DNA from: Macrostomum hystrix
Taxonomy: Eukaryota; Animalia; Platyhelminthes
Direction: 5' to 3'
Length of the DNA stretch: 64,000 bases
Assembly (NCBI GenBank): GCA_950097015.1
Contig: CATNEN010000003.1
Location: forward strand, 1,674,001-1,738,000
How positions within the stretch are numbered: position 1 is the first letter of the stretch; every line of letters starts with the position of its first letter. A program made the translations under genes and the position numbers. Below the pieces are notes generated by a model, which had not been told where the DNA came from, ran no database searches, and saw only the letters and a list, made by a program, of their open reading frames with translations. Of this stretch, positions 52,990 through 63,703 are shown piece after piece.

Positions 52990-54310
52990 TGCTACACTTT
53001 CAATAACAGCTGCTACTCCACGACAATTGGCGCCGTGGCGCCGCGCGCCGAGCTGCTGCCATGCGAGTCCATCTGCGTCTTCCGGGCGGCGCCGGAGACC
53101 ATTAGGCTCACCACTACCGAGCCTCCAGCTGTACAACAGGGCACACTCCGAGTCGGGACGCTGAACTGCCGAACTCTCAAGGCCGCCTGGCGGAGAAGGT
53201 TGCTGGCGAAGCTAGCGCTCGACCTTAGCTGTGATGTCATTGCACTTCAGGAGGTGTCTATCAGAGCCGAGCCTGGACTTCACTGTGAGGATCTGGGCTC
53301 CGGTTGGACACTCTGGTACACCTCAGCGGATCAACGAGGCCGTGGAGGAGTTGGAGCACTGATCGGCCCGAGACTGCTGCAGAGCTATCACTGCTATTCC
53401 TTGTCACCCCGGATGCTTCGGGTAGACGTCCGGCTTCGCGGCCGGAACGCTCGTCTGTTCTGCGTGTACGCGCCACCTGCCACCCCCCCAGATGTTCTCG
53501 ACCGTAGAGGGCGCTCAGCGCCAGCTGGACAAGCTGGTTAGCACTGCAGCGAGTGTCGGCCTGCTGGTCAACACGAAGAAGACCGTTGTGCTCTGCCTGC
53601 CGGGCGACATCGAGGCCGCAATTTTCTTCCGAGGCGCTGACGGGCAGTAACAGAGCTTCCGCGCTGTCAGCAGTTCGTCTACCTCGGCGGTCTGGTACCT
53701 GAAGTCCGCGAAGATCTGCGGCGTCGCCACCGGTACGCTTGGGCTGCCTTTCGTTCTGTGAGGGCGGTCCTGCAGTCCGAGGCCCTACCTGATCGCCAGA
53801 GGGCGGCGCTGTTCCAAGCGGTGGTCGAGACCGTCCTGTTGTACAACGACGAGACCTGGACGCTGACGGATTCGCTCGAACAGCAAGTCAACGCGGCGCA
53901 CGCTGGCCTGCTGCGCGCCGCCTTTAAGATCAGCGACGAGCGGATCACTAACGCGGCACTCTATCGCCGCGCTGGCCTGGCCCGTCCAATGGGACTGCTG
54001 CGACTTCGGCGACTTTAGCAGGCAGGCCATATCATCCGCGCCGAGTCCTACTGCCCGCAGCCGGTGCAGGAGGTGTTGCTGCTAACGCTGCAGGCACCCT
54101 ACCGGCCCGAACTCGGCGTTTCGTCGACAGCCTGCTGGCCGATGCTGGCGCCCCGGCCACTGCCAGCGGTGCAGCCTTTGTTCTGTGCACTGTGACACTG
54201 CTTTTTTCCACCTGACACCGTCTTTTGTTGTTGTTGTTGTTATTGTTGTTGTTGTTGTTATTGTTGTTGTTGTTGTTGCTGTTGTTGTTGTTGTTGCTGT
54301 TGCTGTTGTT
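52990..54310 (+). mobile_element. Internally deleted RTE-clade non-LTR retrotransposon (AP endonuclease plus RT C-terminus) with (GTT)n tail
   Basis: APE motifs LRVGTLNCRTL, CDVIALQEV, GRGGVGALI, VYAP. Joined near 53490 to the RT end AQRQLDKL..VGLLVNTKKT, FVYLG and LFQAVVETVLLY..ETWTLT. Stops and frameshifts present; tail at 54225-54310. Confidence 0.85.
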
Positions 54311-54452
54311 CTGTTTTACAAAGCAATTTTAGTTGTGCTTATCACCATAGTCTTCGACGAGAATCGCTGAATATCTCGATCATGCTGCCTCGGACGGCTT
54401 TGAAAGTTTGTTCATTGTAAAGGGCGGAGAATTTTGATTCAGATTCAGATTC

Positions 54453-54630
54453 AGGTCGGGGGTTCGATTTCCGCTGACTCGGCTGGAGCAATTTGTGAGC
54501 TTTGGCAAGGCACTGATTCAGTTCACCCAGTGCTAAAATGGGTGTAAGAATTAGCTGGGGGAGGGAGTGGCGTCCCCCAGTCCATGGACTGAACAGCCGT
54601 ACGCATGCAGCCTTCAGATGCGCAGCGCAA
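54453..54630 (+). mobile_element. Partial SINE family B
   Basis: GGGGTTCGATT, GCAAGGCAC..CAGTTCACCCAG..AAATGGGT and CCCCAGTCCATGGACTGAACAGCCGTACGCA are shared with 62101-62390. Confidence 0.72.
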
Positions 54631-55328
54631 TAACTGCGGCTGAACAAGCCGAAAAAAGGCAGGTGTACTCAAATATTTGAACTATTTTATTACAATTGAG
54701 CACACGCACACAAATCGATTGATCAGGTTTGGATTCAGTCTTGAGCCATGAGCCCCTGTACAATCAGCTTAAGCTTGAATTTGTGTCGCACTGGTTGACC
54801 ATCATAAAAACTATTCTACGGCGCACGTCACCCATCTAATCTCTAAATGTTACTGAGATGCTTTGAAAAGTGAGCGGCACAGCCAGCCCATTCTTTATTT
54901 CTCAGTCAGAGCCAACAAATAATTAACGAAACAAATAAGCTAGCCTTGGCAGAGACAGCTAAACCAATAATTAACGAAACAAATAAGCTAGCCTTGGCAG
55001 AGACAGCTAAAACGTGAGGCACAGCTCATCTGCCCCTAAAAATACAATGCTCTCTTCTGGGTTAGAGGACAATAAGAGAATTTCTCATTCAATTTGGCTG
55101 CTGTTGAACTCGCCAACTCTCAGTACCAAAGAGCCTCATCTAATATGCAGTGAGCAGAAAAGCAAAATCTAAACAGTTCTCAAGTTCAATGATAACAATT
55201 GAAAATTAATTCAGGTTTAGACCACTGTATTACTGTGAGGTGAGCACTTAAAAAGGCCAAGGGCGCGTGGAAGACGGCATTTCGGAGCCTGCATTCCGCT
55301 GACCGGAAAAACGTGCCGATTCCGAGTG

Positions 55329-55334
55329 TATAAA
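55329..55334 (+). promoter_or_regulatory. TATA box of peptide gene copy 2
   Basis: TATAAA ~95 bp before the ATG at 55427. Confidence 0.6.
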
Positions 55335-55426
55335 TCAGAGGTCTCTAAATGCTGAGTAGAGCTCCAAGCCAAAGCTAACTCTCAGCTTCTCTACCTGCTT
55401 CATCAAGCAACAGCAGCAGCACAGAC

Positions 55427-55693
55427 ATGAAGTGGCAGTTTGCTCTCGGACTCCTGCTGTGCGCAGCTCTGGCAGTCGCCAGGCCCAGCCAGGAGCTGTC
55501 GGAGGAGGAAGCCGAGTCGCTGGCGGCGCTGGAGGCCCTGGCTGACATGGACGAGTCGAACATGTCGGAGGAGAAGGCCGCCGAGCTGCAGAAGAAGTTC
55601 TTCCGTCTGCGCCGCATCCGCGTCAGGTGGACCCACGTGCTTCGCGCCGCCAAGACGGCCTACAGGATCTACAGGCACATCTCTGGCAAGTAG
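55427..55693 (+). CDS. Secreted prepro-peptide, putative cationic antimicrobial peptide, copy 2 (88 aa)
   Basis: Same architecture as copy 1; C-terminal peptide FFRLRRIRVRWTHVLRAAKTAYRIYRHIS-GK. Confidence 0.82.
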   Translation: MKWQFALGLLLCAALAVARPSQELSEEEAESLAALEALADMDESNMSEEKAAELQKKFFRLRRIRVRWTHVLRAAKTAYRIYRHISGK

Positions 55694-56384
55694 GCCCCGC
55701 CTACAGCTGAGGCTAACATGGACAACCGGACTGGACTCCGCCCCCGACCTGATCTTTTAATACTCGACGTACCTGTAGCCGTAGAAAAAAGTAATACTTG
55801 AAAAATACACTGCGAATTCGAGCGATTATTACAATGGGAAAACGCTTTAAAATTAGCACTCTTTCAATTCGTTGCTTGATTTTTTAGCGAGCCTACATTT
55901 TATAGTTTCCCTTCGAATATAAACTTCGGTGACAAACATATGTAATTGGGGACGCCCTTGAGGGCCCTTAAGGGCCAAACCTCCTAGTGAGAGTGTACAC
56001 TGCCTGACGACGAGAAAGCCAGGGCAGATGTACACACCTGTGTGAGAGTGTGCCTGAATATGGTATCTGTGTGCGTGTGTGCTCTGGTCAGTAGTCAGCG
56101 AAATGGGCAGAATTGCCTCCTCACAGGCTGCGGGTCTAGTGTCACCAAATGATGCTCACGTGAAATCCCGAATGCATTTTTAGCAAAGAATTGGGTCCAT
56201 GCTTTTAATAAAATTGCAACTTCAATCATCTTTCTAATAGTTCTGCTGGTCCCTACATGTAATGTATATGTTTTGCATCCATTTTTAAATACAAAATTAA
56301 AAATTGGCAAAAATTGAAACAAATACTAAGAAAAGAGAAAAAAAATTGACATGAAGTGGCAGTTTCACACTAAACAAATTAAAC

Positions 56385-56760
56385 CAGATAATTCAGTCAC
56401 ACTAATCGATAATTCAGCCACACTAATCGATAATTCAGCCACACTAATCGATAATTCAGTCACACTAATCGATAATTAAGCCACACTAATAGATAATTCA
56501 GCCACACTAATCGATAATTAAGCCACACTAATCGATAATTAAGCCACACTAATCGATAATTAAGCCACACTAATAGATAATTCAGCCACACTAATCGATA
56601 ATTAAGCCACACTAATCGATAATTAAGCCACACTAATCGATAATTCAGCCACACTAATCGATAATTCAGTCACACTAATCGATAATTAAGCCACACTAAT
56701 AGATAATTCAGCCACAATAATCGATATTTCACCCTCGCTAATCAATAATTCAGCCACACT
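56385..56760. repeat. 21-bp minisatellite (CACACTAATCGATAATTCAGC)n; degenerate second block at 58249-58420
   Basis: Tandem units. Confidence 0.9.
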
Positions 56761-57147
56761 ATCAGTCATTACTCGTACATTTGCGTATAAAATCACGGAG
56801 CCTCATGCATATATCACACGCATGTATATCACACACAATTTTTTGTTTAATAGATAACAAGCTGCAGGATGTGCTACGAAGTTGATATGATACATGAGTT
56901 GTCCGCACTAAAAGAGAAACAAAGAAAACATGAAAAGAAAGATAAATTTGCTTGAACTAAATTACGGACCTTGTCTATCCGCCTTACAATATACGAAATT
57001 TTGGTGACGAACTCGCTAATGGAAGCCTCTATCAGGTGCCATGCTATTCAGCAGAATCAGTTTATCAAGAAAATCGAATAAACGTTCCATACCAACAGGA
57101 TTTCTGGTAAACGGATCTTTTACATAGGTCTTCAAATAGGACGGAAT

Positions 57148-57825
57148 GTCTCTCTCTCTCTCTCTCCTGTCTCATCTCTTTCCCGTCTTATCTCTCCCAT
57201 GTCTCATCTCTCTCCTGTCTCATATCTCCCATGTCTCATCTCTCTCCTGTCTCATCTCTCTCCTGTCGCATATCTCTCCTGTCGCATCTCTCTAGTATCT
57301 CATCTCTTTCCTGTCTCATCTCTCCCCTGTCTCACCTCTCCCTTGTCTCATCTCTCTCCTGTCTCATCTCTTTCCCGTCTCATCTCTCCCCTGTCTCATC
57401 TCTCTCCTGTCTCATCTCTCTCCTGTCGCATATCTCTCCTGTCGCATCTCTTTCCCGTCTCATCTCTCTCATGTCTCATCTCTCTCCTGTCTCATATCTC
57501 CCATGTCTCATCTCTCTCCTGTCTCATCTCTCTCCTGTCGCATATCTCTCCTGTCGCATCTCTCTAGTATCTCATCTCTTTCCTGTCTCATCTCTCCCCT
57601 GTCTCACCTCTCCCTTGTCTCATCTCTCTAGTGTATCATCTCTCTAGTGTCTCATCTCTCTCCTGCCTCATCTATCCTGTCTTATCTTTCTCCTGCCTCA
57701 TATATCCTGTCTTATCTCTCTCCTGCCTCATCTATCCTGTCTTATCTCTCTCCTGCCTCATCTATCCTGTCTTATCTCTCTCCTGCCTCATCTATCCTGT
57801 CTTATCTCTCTCCTGCCTCATCTAG
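57148..57825. repeat. Degenerate 16-bp pyrimidine-rich minisatellite related to 2800-3770
   Basis: TCTCTCCTGTCTCATC units. Confidence 0.88.
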
Positions 57826-58053
57826 CTAGCTGCTCTCTACTAGCTGCCATTATAAGGTACCAATTTAGTCAGAGTAAAATTGGGAGCTGTACTCTTTCGT
57901 ACGTTTGTTTCGTACGTACGTTGGCTATTTTTAGCTCTCACATTAACTGCGTACATTTACTTTTTCCTTTTATGAAGTCCCACCTTTTTATGCCAACCTC
58001 ATATAATCATTTTTGTACCTCAAATAATGCACTTTCTCAAATTATAGCAGTGT

Positions 58054-58247
58054 ACCGACCGACCGACCGACCGACCGACCGACCGACCGACCGACCGACC
58101 GACCGACCGACCGACCGACCGACCGACCGACCGACCGACCGACCGACCGACCGACCGACCGACCGACCGACCGACCGACCGACCGACCGACCGACCGACC
58201 GACCGACCGACCGACCGACCGACCGACCGACCGACCGACCGACCGAC
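58054..58247. repeat. (ACCG)n microsatellite
   Basis: Perfect tetranucleotide tract. Confidence 0.97.
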
Positions 58248-58984
58248 TGACACACTAATCGATAATTCAGTCACACTAATAGATAATATAGCCATGCTAA
58301 TCGATAAATCAGACACACTAATCGATAATTCAGTCACACAAATAAATAATTCAGTCACACTAATAGATAATATAGCCACACTAATCGATAATTCAGTCGT
58401 ACTAATCGATAATGCACTTACTCAAAGACGATTAGATAACTTAATCGCTCTAACTGATATTCCAGCGGCAAAAATCGATAATTCTGCCAAGCTAATTGTA
58501 CTTTGTCACAGTGGAAACTAGCTATTTCTTCATTGGACACTGAGGTAAATAAAATACTTTCTTTGAAGTTACCGCAATTTAGAATAGTCTCTGCAGTTTC
58601 TGCAAAAATTTGTGCAAAACAATCAGATGCGAATGTAATTCTTGAGACTTTTGCAAGAAAAAGCAAAGTGCTTGTTAAATTTTCTGAATTAATTAGTCCC
58701 TGAAAAGTTAAAACATCTAACTGAGATTCAATATTGAACTTTGACGCAATTAGTCATAACAAAATAACAAAAACAATAATATACATTTATTAATTTGAAG
58801 CATCGATTTACGATTAACTTACATTAGACTAGATTAGATTACACATTTTTAAAGTAGAAATTCATTACACTCTACTTATAGTAAATAAGTTTGAAAATGG
58901 CTATTTCGTTTGATAGCACTAATTCTGCTGAGTTAGTTTTTTACAATGATTTGGGAATGAGATAATGGGATATTAGATAACCAG

Positions 58985-59716
58985 GTGGGAGATGAAGCGA
59001 TGGGAAATGATGGGATGGGATATGAAGGGATAGGAGATGAAGAGATGGGAGATGAAGGGATGGGAGATGAAGGCATGGGAGATGAAGGGATGGGATATGG
59101 CTTGGGAGATGAAGGGATGGGAGATGAAGGGATGGGAGATGAAGGCATGGGAGATGAAGGCATGGGAGATGAAGGGATGGGAGATGAAGGGATGGGAGAT
59201 GAAGGCATGGGAGATGAAGGGATGGGAGATGAAAGGATGGGAGATGAAGGCATGGGAGATAAAGGGATGGGAGATAAAGGGATGGGAGATGAAGGCATGG
59301 GAGATAAAGGGATGGGAGATAATGGGATGGGAGATGAAGGCATGGGAGATGAAGGGATGGGATATGGCTTGGGAGATAAAGGGATGGAAGATGAAGGCAT
59401 GGGAGATGAAGGGATTGGATATGGCTTGGGAGATGAAGGGATGGGAGATGAAGGCATGGGAGATGAAGGCATGGGAGATGAAGGCATGGGAGATGAAGGC
59501 ATGGGAGATGAAGGGATGGGAGATGAAGGCATGGGAGATGAAGGGATGGGAGATGAAGGCATGGGAGATGAAGGTATGGGAGATGAAGGGATGGGAGATG
59601 AAGGCATGGGAGATGAAGGGATGGGAGATGAAGGCATGGGAGATGAAGGGATGGGAGATAAAGGCATGGGAGATGAAGGGATGGGAGATGAAAGGATGGG
59701 AGATGAAGGGATGGGA
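58985..59716. repeat. 15-bp minisatellite (GGAGATGAAGGGATG)n
   Basis: Tandem units, open in several frames on both strands. Confidence 0.93.
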
Positions 59717-60137
59717 GGTAGGAGAACCTGATTATCATTCACAAACTATATAGAGAAAAAAGTTGGCAGAAAGGTTCCATATTTCATACTGAGATTCGAA
59801 TATGCACAGCGAAATAATTATCTTAGAAGTGTGGCACAACTGGTAGATAGGGAATAAAAAACGCATTCATTTTTTAGAATCGCTGTTTACTGTTCTAAAA
59901 AGCGCAAAATTGCAAAATATCTATATCAGCAAAAATGTATGTAAAGCTCATCTGTTATACTTTAGGAGCATTGTTAGTTTTAATTATAATGTGTACAAGG
60001 ACATCAAAATTCAAGTTATTGCTCGCTAAAAAATCTAAATAATATAATTTTGTTAATTCGAATAAGTCAGTTTAACAAAGAAAGTTCAGCGCACTACAAT
60101 TAAGTTTTTTTCGTTGTGCTATGAATCAATGCCGATG

Positions 60138-63100
60138 CTACTGCTGCTGCTGATCATCAGATCCTGCAGTACTGGACTTCACTAACTGGTGTAACAATGA
60201 CAAAATTTCATCAGTTTTGCCCTCCAGTCTGTTGACCTGCTGCTCCAGCCGGATCAAGCGGGTCAGCACGGTGGGTCGAAGCTGCCGATTGGCTGCCTTC
60301 GTGTCCCACTCGCTGATTGGCTGAGGCGCCCAGCTCGTCTGTGGCTTGCCCACCGTCTGGTCTAGTCTGCGGGACGAGGAGAGACAGATTGAAATCAACT
60401 ACCCGATATGTATAGAAAAATTCATTTCTAACCTTCTCTGTAGCTCCTTGATGCGAACCATCATACTGATGTGGCCCTGAGAATATTGCTCGATGACGTC
60501 ACGGACATCGTAGGGCTTGCGCGCTTGCTTGAAAGTAGAGATTTGAAATCGCAAAATCATTTTAGTTCAGATCGTCCGAAACTTTGTGAGGAACAAAACT
60601 AGCCAGCAAAAACTTGTTCTCACACGAATCTTTATTCCCAAACGCTTCCTTTATCTACCTGTCTCAGCTATCTACCTGTCTCAGCTATCTACCTGTCTCA
60701 TCTATCTACCTGTCTCAGCTATCTACCTGTCTCAGCTATCTACCTGTCTCATCTATCTACCTGTCTCAGCTATCTACCTGTCTCATCTATCTACCTGTCT
60801 CAGCTATCTACCTGTCTCATCTATCTACCTGCCTCATCTATCAACCTGCCTCATCTATCTACCTGCCTCATCTATCTACTTGCCTCATCTATCTACCTGC
60901 CTCATCTATCTACCTGTCTCAGTTATCTACCTGCCTTGTGTATCTACCTGCCTCATCTATCTTTCTGCCTCATCTATCTACCTGCCTTGTGTATCTTCCT
61001 GCCTTATCTATCTACCTGTCTCAGCTATCTACCTGTCTCATCTATCTACCTGTCTCAGCTATCTACCTGTCTCATCTATCTACCTGCCTCATCTATCTAC
61101 CTGCCTCATCTATCTACCTGCCTCATCTATCTACCTGCCTCATCTATCTACCTGTCTCAGTTATCTACCTGCCTTGTGTATCTACCTGCCTCATCTATCT
61201 ACCTGCCTTATCTATCTACCTGCCTCATCTGTCTACCTGCCTTATCTATCTTCCTGTCTCATCTATCTTCCTGCCTCATCTATCTACCTGCCTTATCTGT
61301 CTACCTGCCTTATCTGTCTACCTGCCTCATCTATCTACCTGCCTCATCTATCTATCTTACCAACCTCTAGCCAATATAAGTTTGTCTCAACTGTCACAAA
61401 TTTGCGAAATTCCAAATAGCTGTGTGTGATCCTCACCTGAAATTTCCTTCTAGCCACAAAATAACGAATTCTTCTAATCACCCTGATGGCCGCCTTCTGA
61501 GCTTCGGAAAGGCTACAAACAACAGCAATAATTGTGAGGCAATTTCAACAAAAAAATCTAATTAATTCAAGAATTCAAGTGTATAAGATAAACTAGTTGA
61601 CCTTACTTGATCTGCTTGGAATCTGACTCGTTTCGACCAGCTTCATTGTCGGATGATTGTCCTTCGTCTCTACCTTTAATAATAATAATAATATAATAAT
61701 TAATTACACCTGCCCCAATCAGGTCAGATGTGCAGCCGACAGCACAGCCGCAGCTATAGAGCGTCGCATCTGAAGGCTGCGTACAGCTGTTCAGTCCATG
61801 GACTGGGGGGACGCCACACCCACCTTCAATTATCCCAGCTGATGCTGGTACCCATTTAACAGTTGGGTGAACTGAAGCAATGCAGAGTTAAGTGTCTTGC
61901 TAAAGGGCACAAATTGTTCCAGTGGAGTCGGGAATCGAACCCCCGACCTTCAAGTCGTGAGTCCGACGCCCTAACCACCTCTCTTTAACCATCAATTACC
62001 TGTAAAGATAAAACTGTGCTTTAGCTCACCCAGATAAAGGCTACATCACCCTTTTCTCCTTTTATTTCCTCTCACCCCAGTCTTATCGCACTTCCTTAGG
62101 GGGGTCGTAGCCTAGTGGTTAGAGCGTCGGACTCACAACTTGAAGGTCGAGGGTTCGATTCGAGACTCCGCTGGAAAAATGTATGCCTTTCTTAAGCAAG
62201 GCACTTCAGTTCACCCAGCTGTTAAATGGGTACTATCATTAGCTTAAGAGGTAATTGAGGGTGGGTGTGACGTCCCCCCAGTCCATGGACTGAACAGCCG
62301 TACGCAGCTATCAGATGGGGCTGTGCTGTCGGCTGCACATCGGGCCTAATTGGGGCAGGTGTTGTAAATCTTTATTATTAAATATTTGCAGGAGGGCTGT
62401 GGGCGATGGCCCATTATTTAGTGACACTAGACCCGCAGCCAGCGAGGAGGCAATTATGTCCATTTCGCTGATTCCTGAGCACACTCGCACACAGGTGTGT
62501 ACATCTGCCCTGACTTTCTCATCGTCAGGCAGTGTACACTGTGCACTGTGCCTTGGAGGCAAATTGCACGACAAGCCCCCCAAGCCTTCTCTCCGCGGAA
62601 TCGAGCTCAGGGACCTTGGTGCGAGAGGCAAACGGGTCAAAGGCTTAAACCAATTATTATTACAAGCACAATTATAATTATTAGCTAGAGAAAAATCTAC
62701 CTCTAGCGAAGCCACTCTCGCGACGAGACCGACTCGGCCGTCGGCCCAGCACAGTTGACGCTCTCCTGCTCATTCTGGCCCGCAGATCCAAGTCGCTGCT
62801 GCTGCCGCCGCCGCCGCCGCCGCTGCCACTGTCGCCATGGTGATGATCATGATGATGGTGCTGACGCATGGGATGCGTGTAGATACGCCAAGTGGCCATG
62901 GTTGTAGCGTTTGCCGAGCAGGCGTAACAGCGCCACAGGCACTGGGGGTGGCGGAATCGGGCGGGTAAGGATTCTGGCATTGAAATATAAAAAGCAAAAA
63001 TCTCATTTAGAAACTTAAAATAAAAAACCACAATCCTCCCTATCAATACACCCTCTTACCGATCTTCTATCCCCACTTCCCCATCATGTGTCTTATCTTC

Positions 63101-63545
63101 CCTTTCTTCACTCTCTCTACCCAATCTCTTCCCCATTCTCAACCCCTCTCTTCCCCATTCTCTACCACTTTCTTCCCCATTCTCTACCCCTCTCTTCCCC
63201 ATTCTCTACCCCTCTCTTCCCCATTGTCTACCCCTCTCTTCCCCATTGTCTACCCCTCTCTTCCCCATTCTCTACCCCTCTCTTCCCCATTCTCTACCCC
63301 TGTCTTCCCCATTCTCTACCCCTCTCTTCCCCATTCTCTACCCCTCTCTTCCCCATTGTCTACCCCTCTCTTCCCCATTCTCTACCCCTCTCTTCCCCAT
63401 TGTCTACCCAATCTTTACCATCACCAACCATATATTCCCTCAAACCTACCTGAATCAGTGTCGCAGCAGCGGGTATCTGTCTATTAAAGTGCTTCTGACG
63501 CTGTTTCTGTTGCACCTTCAGAGCGAACCCGGAGCCTAATATACC
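60138..63545 (-). CDS. KCNQ1: Voltage-gated potassium channel KCNQ1 (Kv7.1)-like, 3' exons; gene continues beyond the window
   Basis: Exons 63545-63450 ([32 protein letters not shown]), 62941-62701, 61673-61607, 61512-61437 ([19 protein letters not shown]), 60527-60433 ([32 protein letters not shown]), 60366-60138 ([16 protein letters not shown]). These are the KCNQ1-type S6 end and helices A-D. Confidence 0.95.
60650..61355. repeat. ~19-bp minisatellite (TCTACCTGCCTCATCTA-like) in a KCNQ1 intron
   Basis: Tandem units. Confidence 0.9.
61676..61985 (-). mobile_element. tRNA(Val-like)-derived SINE family B with CORE-like central domain
   Basis: Minus strand GGTGGTTAGGGCGTCGGACTCACGACTTGAAGGTCGGGGGTTCGATTCCC, then GCAAGACACTTAAC..CACCCAACTGTTAAATGGGTACC, then a (TTA)n tail. 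Confidence 0.8.
62101..62390 (+). mobile_element. SINE family B, opposite orientation to the 61676-61985 copy
   Basis: GTAGCCTAGTGGTTAGAGCGTCGGACTCACAACTTGAAGGTCGAGGGTTCGATTC head plus shared body. Confidence 0.8.
62421..62640 (-). mobile_element. SINE family A copy
   Basis: GTGACACTAGACCCGCAGCCAGCGAGGAGGC...GGAATCGAGCTCAGGGACCTTGGTGCGAGAGGCAAAC matches 1408-1705. Confidence 0.8.
63110..63410. repeat. 22-bp pyrimidine-rich minisatellite (CCCCATTCTCTACCCCTCTCTT)n
   Basis: Tandem units in a KCNQ1 intron. Confidence 0.9.
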
Positions 63546-63703
63546 CTGCAATGTTGTGGGATTGAAGAAAGCAGTTTTCTTGATTGACTTAATAAAAACA
63601 TGTCGGTTTATCCAGTCACGAACGGTATACTCACTGATTCTCCAATTTGTCAATCACTCATTCACCATCATATATGAATGATTATGTGTGTTAGCTACTC
63701 CGA

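Larger units (their letters stand above)
55263..56350 (+). repeat. Right arm of the inverted duplication (includes peptide gene and partial SINE A at 55947-56152)
   Basis: Near-identical reverse complement of 49373-50452. Confidence 0.95.

Noticed and set aside
55301-55318. NF-kB site upstream of the peptide genes (ACCGGAAAAACGTG)
   Set aside because: Does not fit GGGRNNYYCC; conservation between copies is uninformative because the whole arm is duplicated.
58933-59753. MGDEG / PIPSS repeat ORFs as structural proteins
   Set aside because: A 15-bp tandem repeat open in multiple frames on both strands, with no signal peptide or unique flanking coding sequence.
62101-62175. tRNA gene (also 36320-36390 and 61925-61985)
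   Set aside because: tRNA-like heads continue into shared dispersed-repeat bodies with simple-repeat tails and lack a clean acceptor stem; they are SINE heads.
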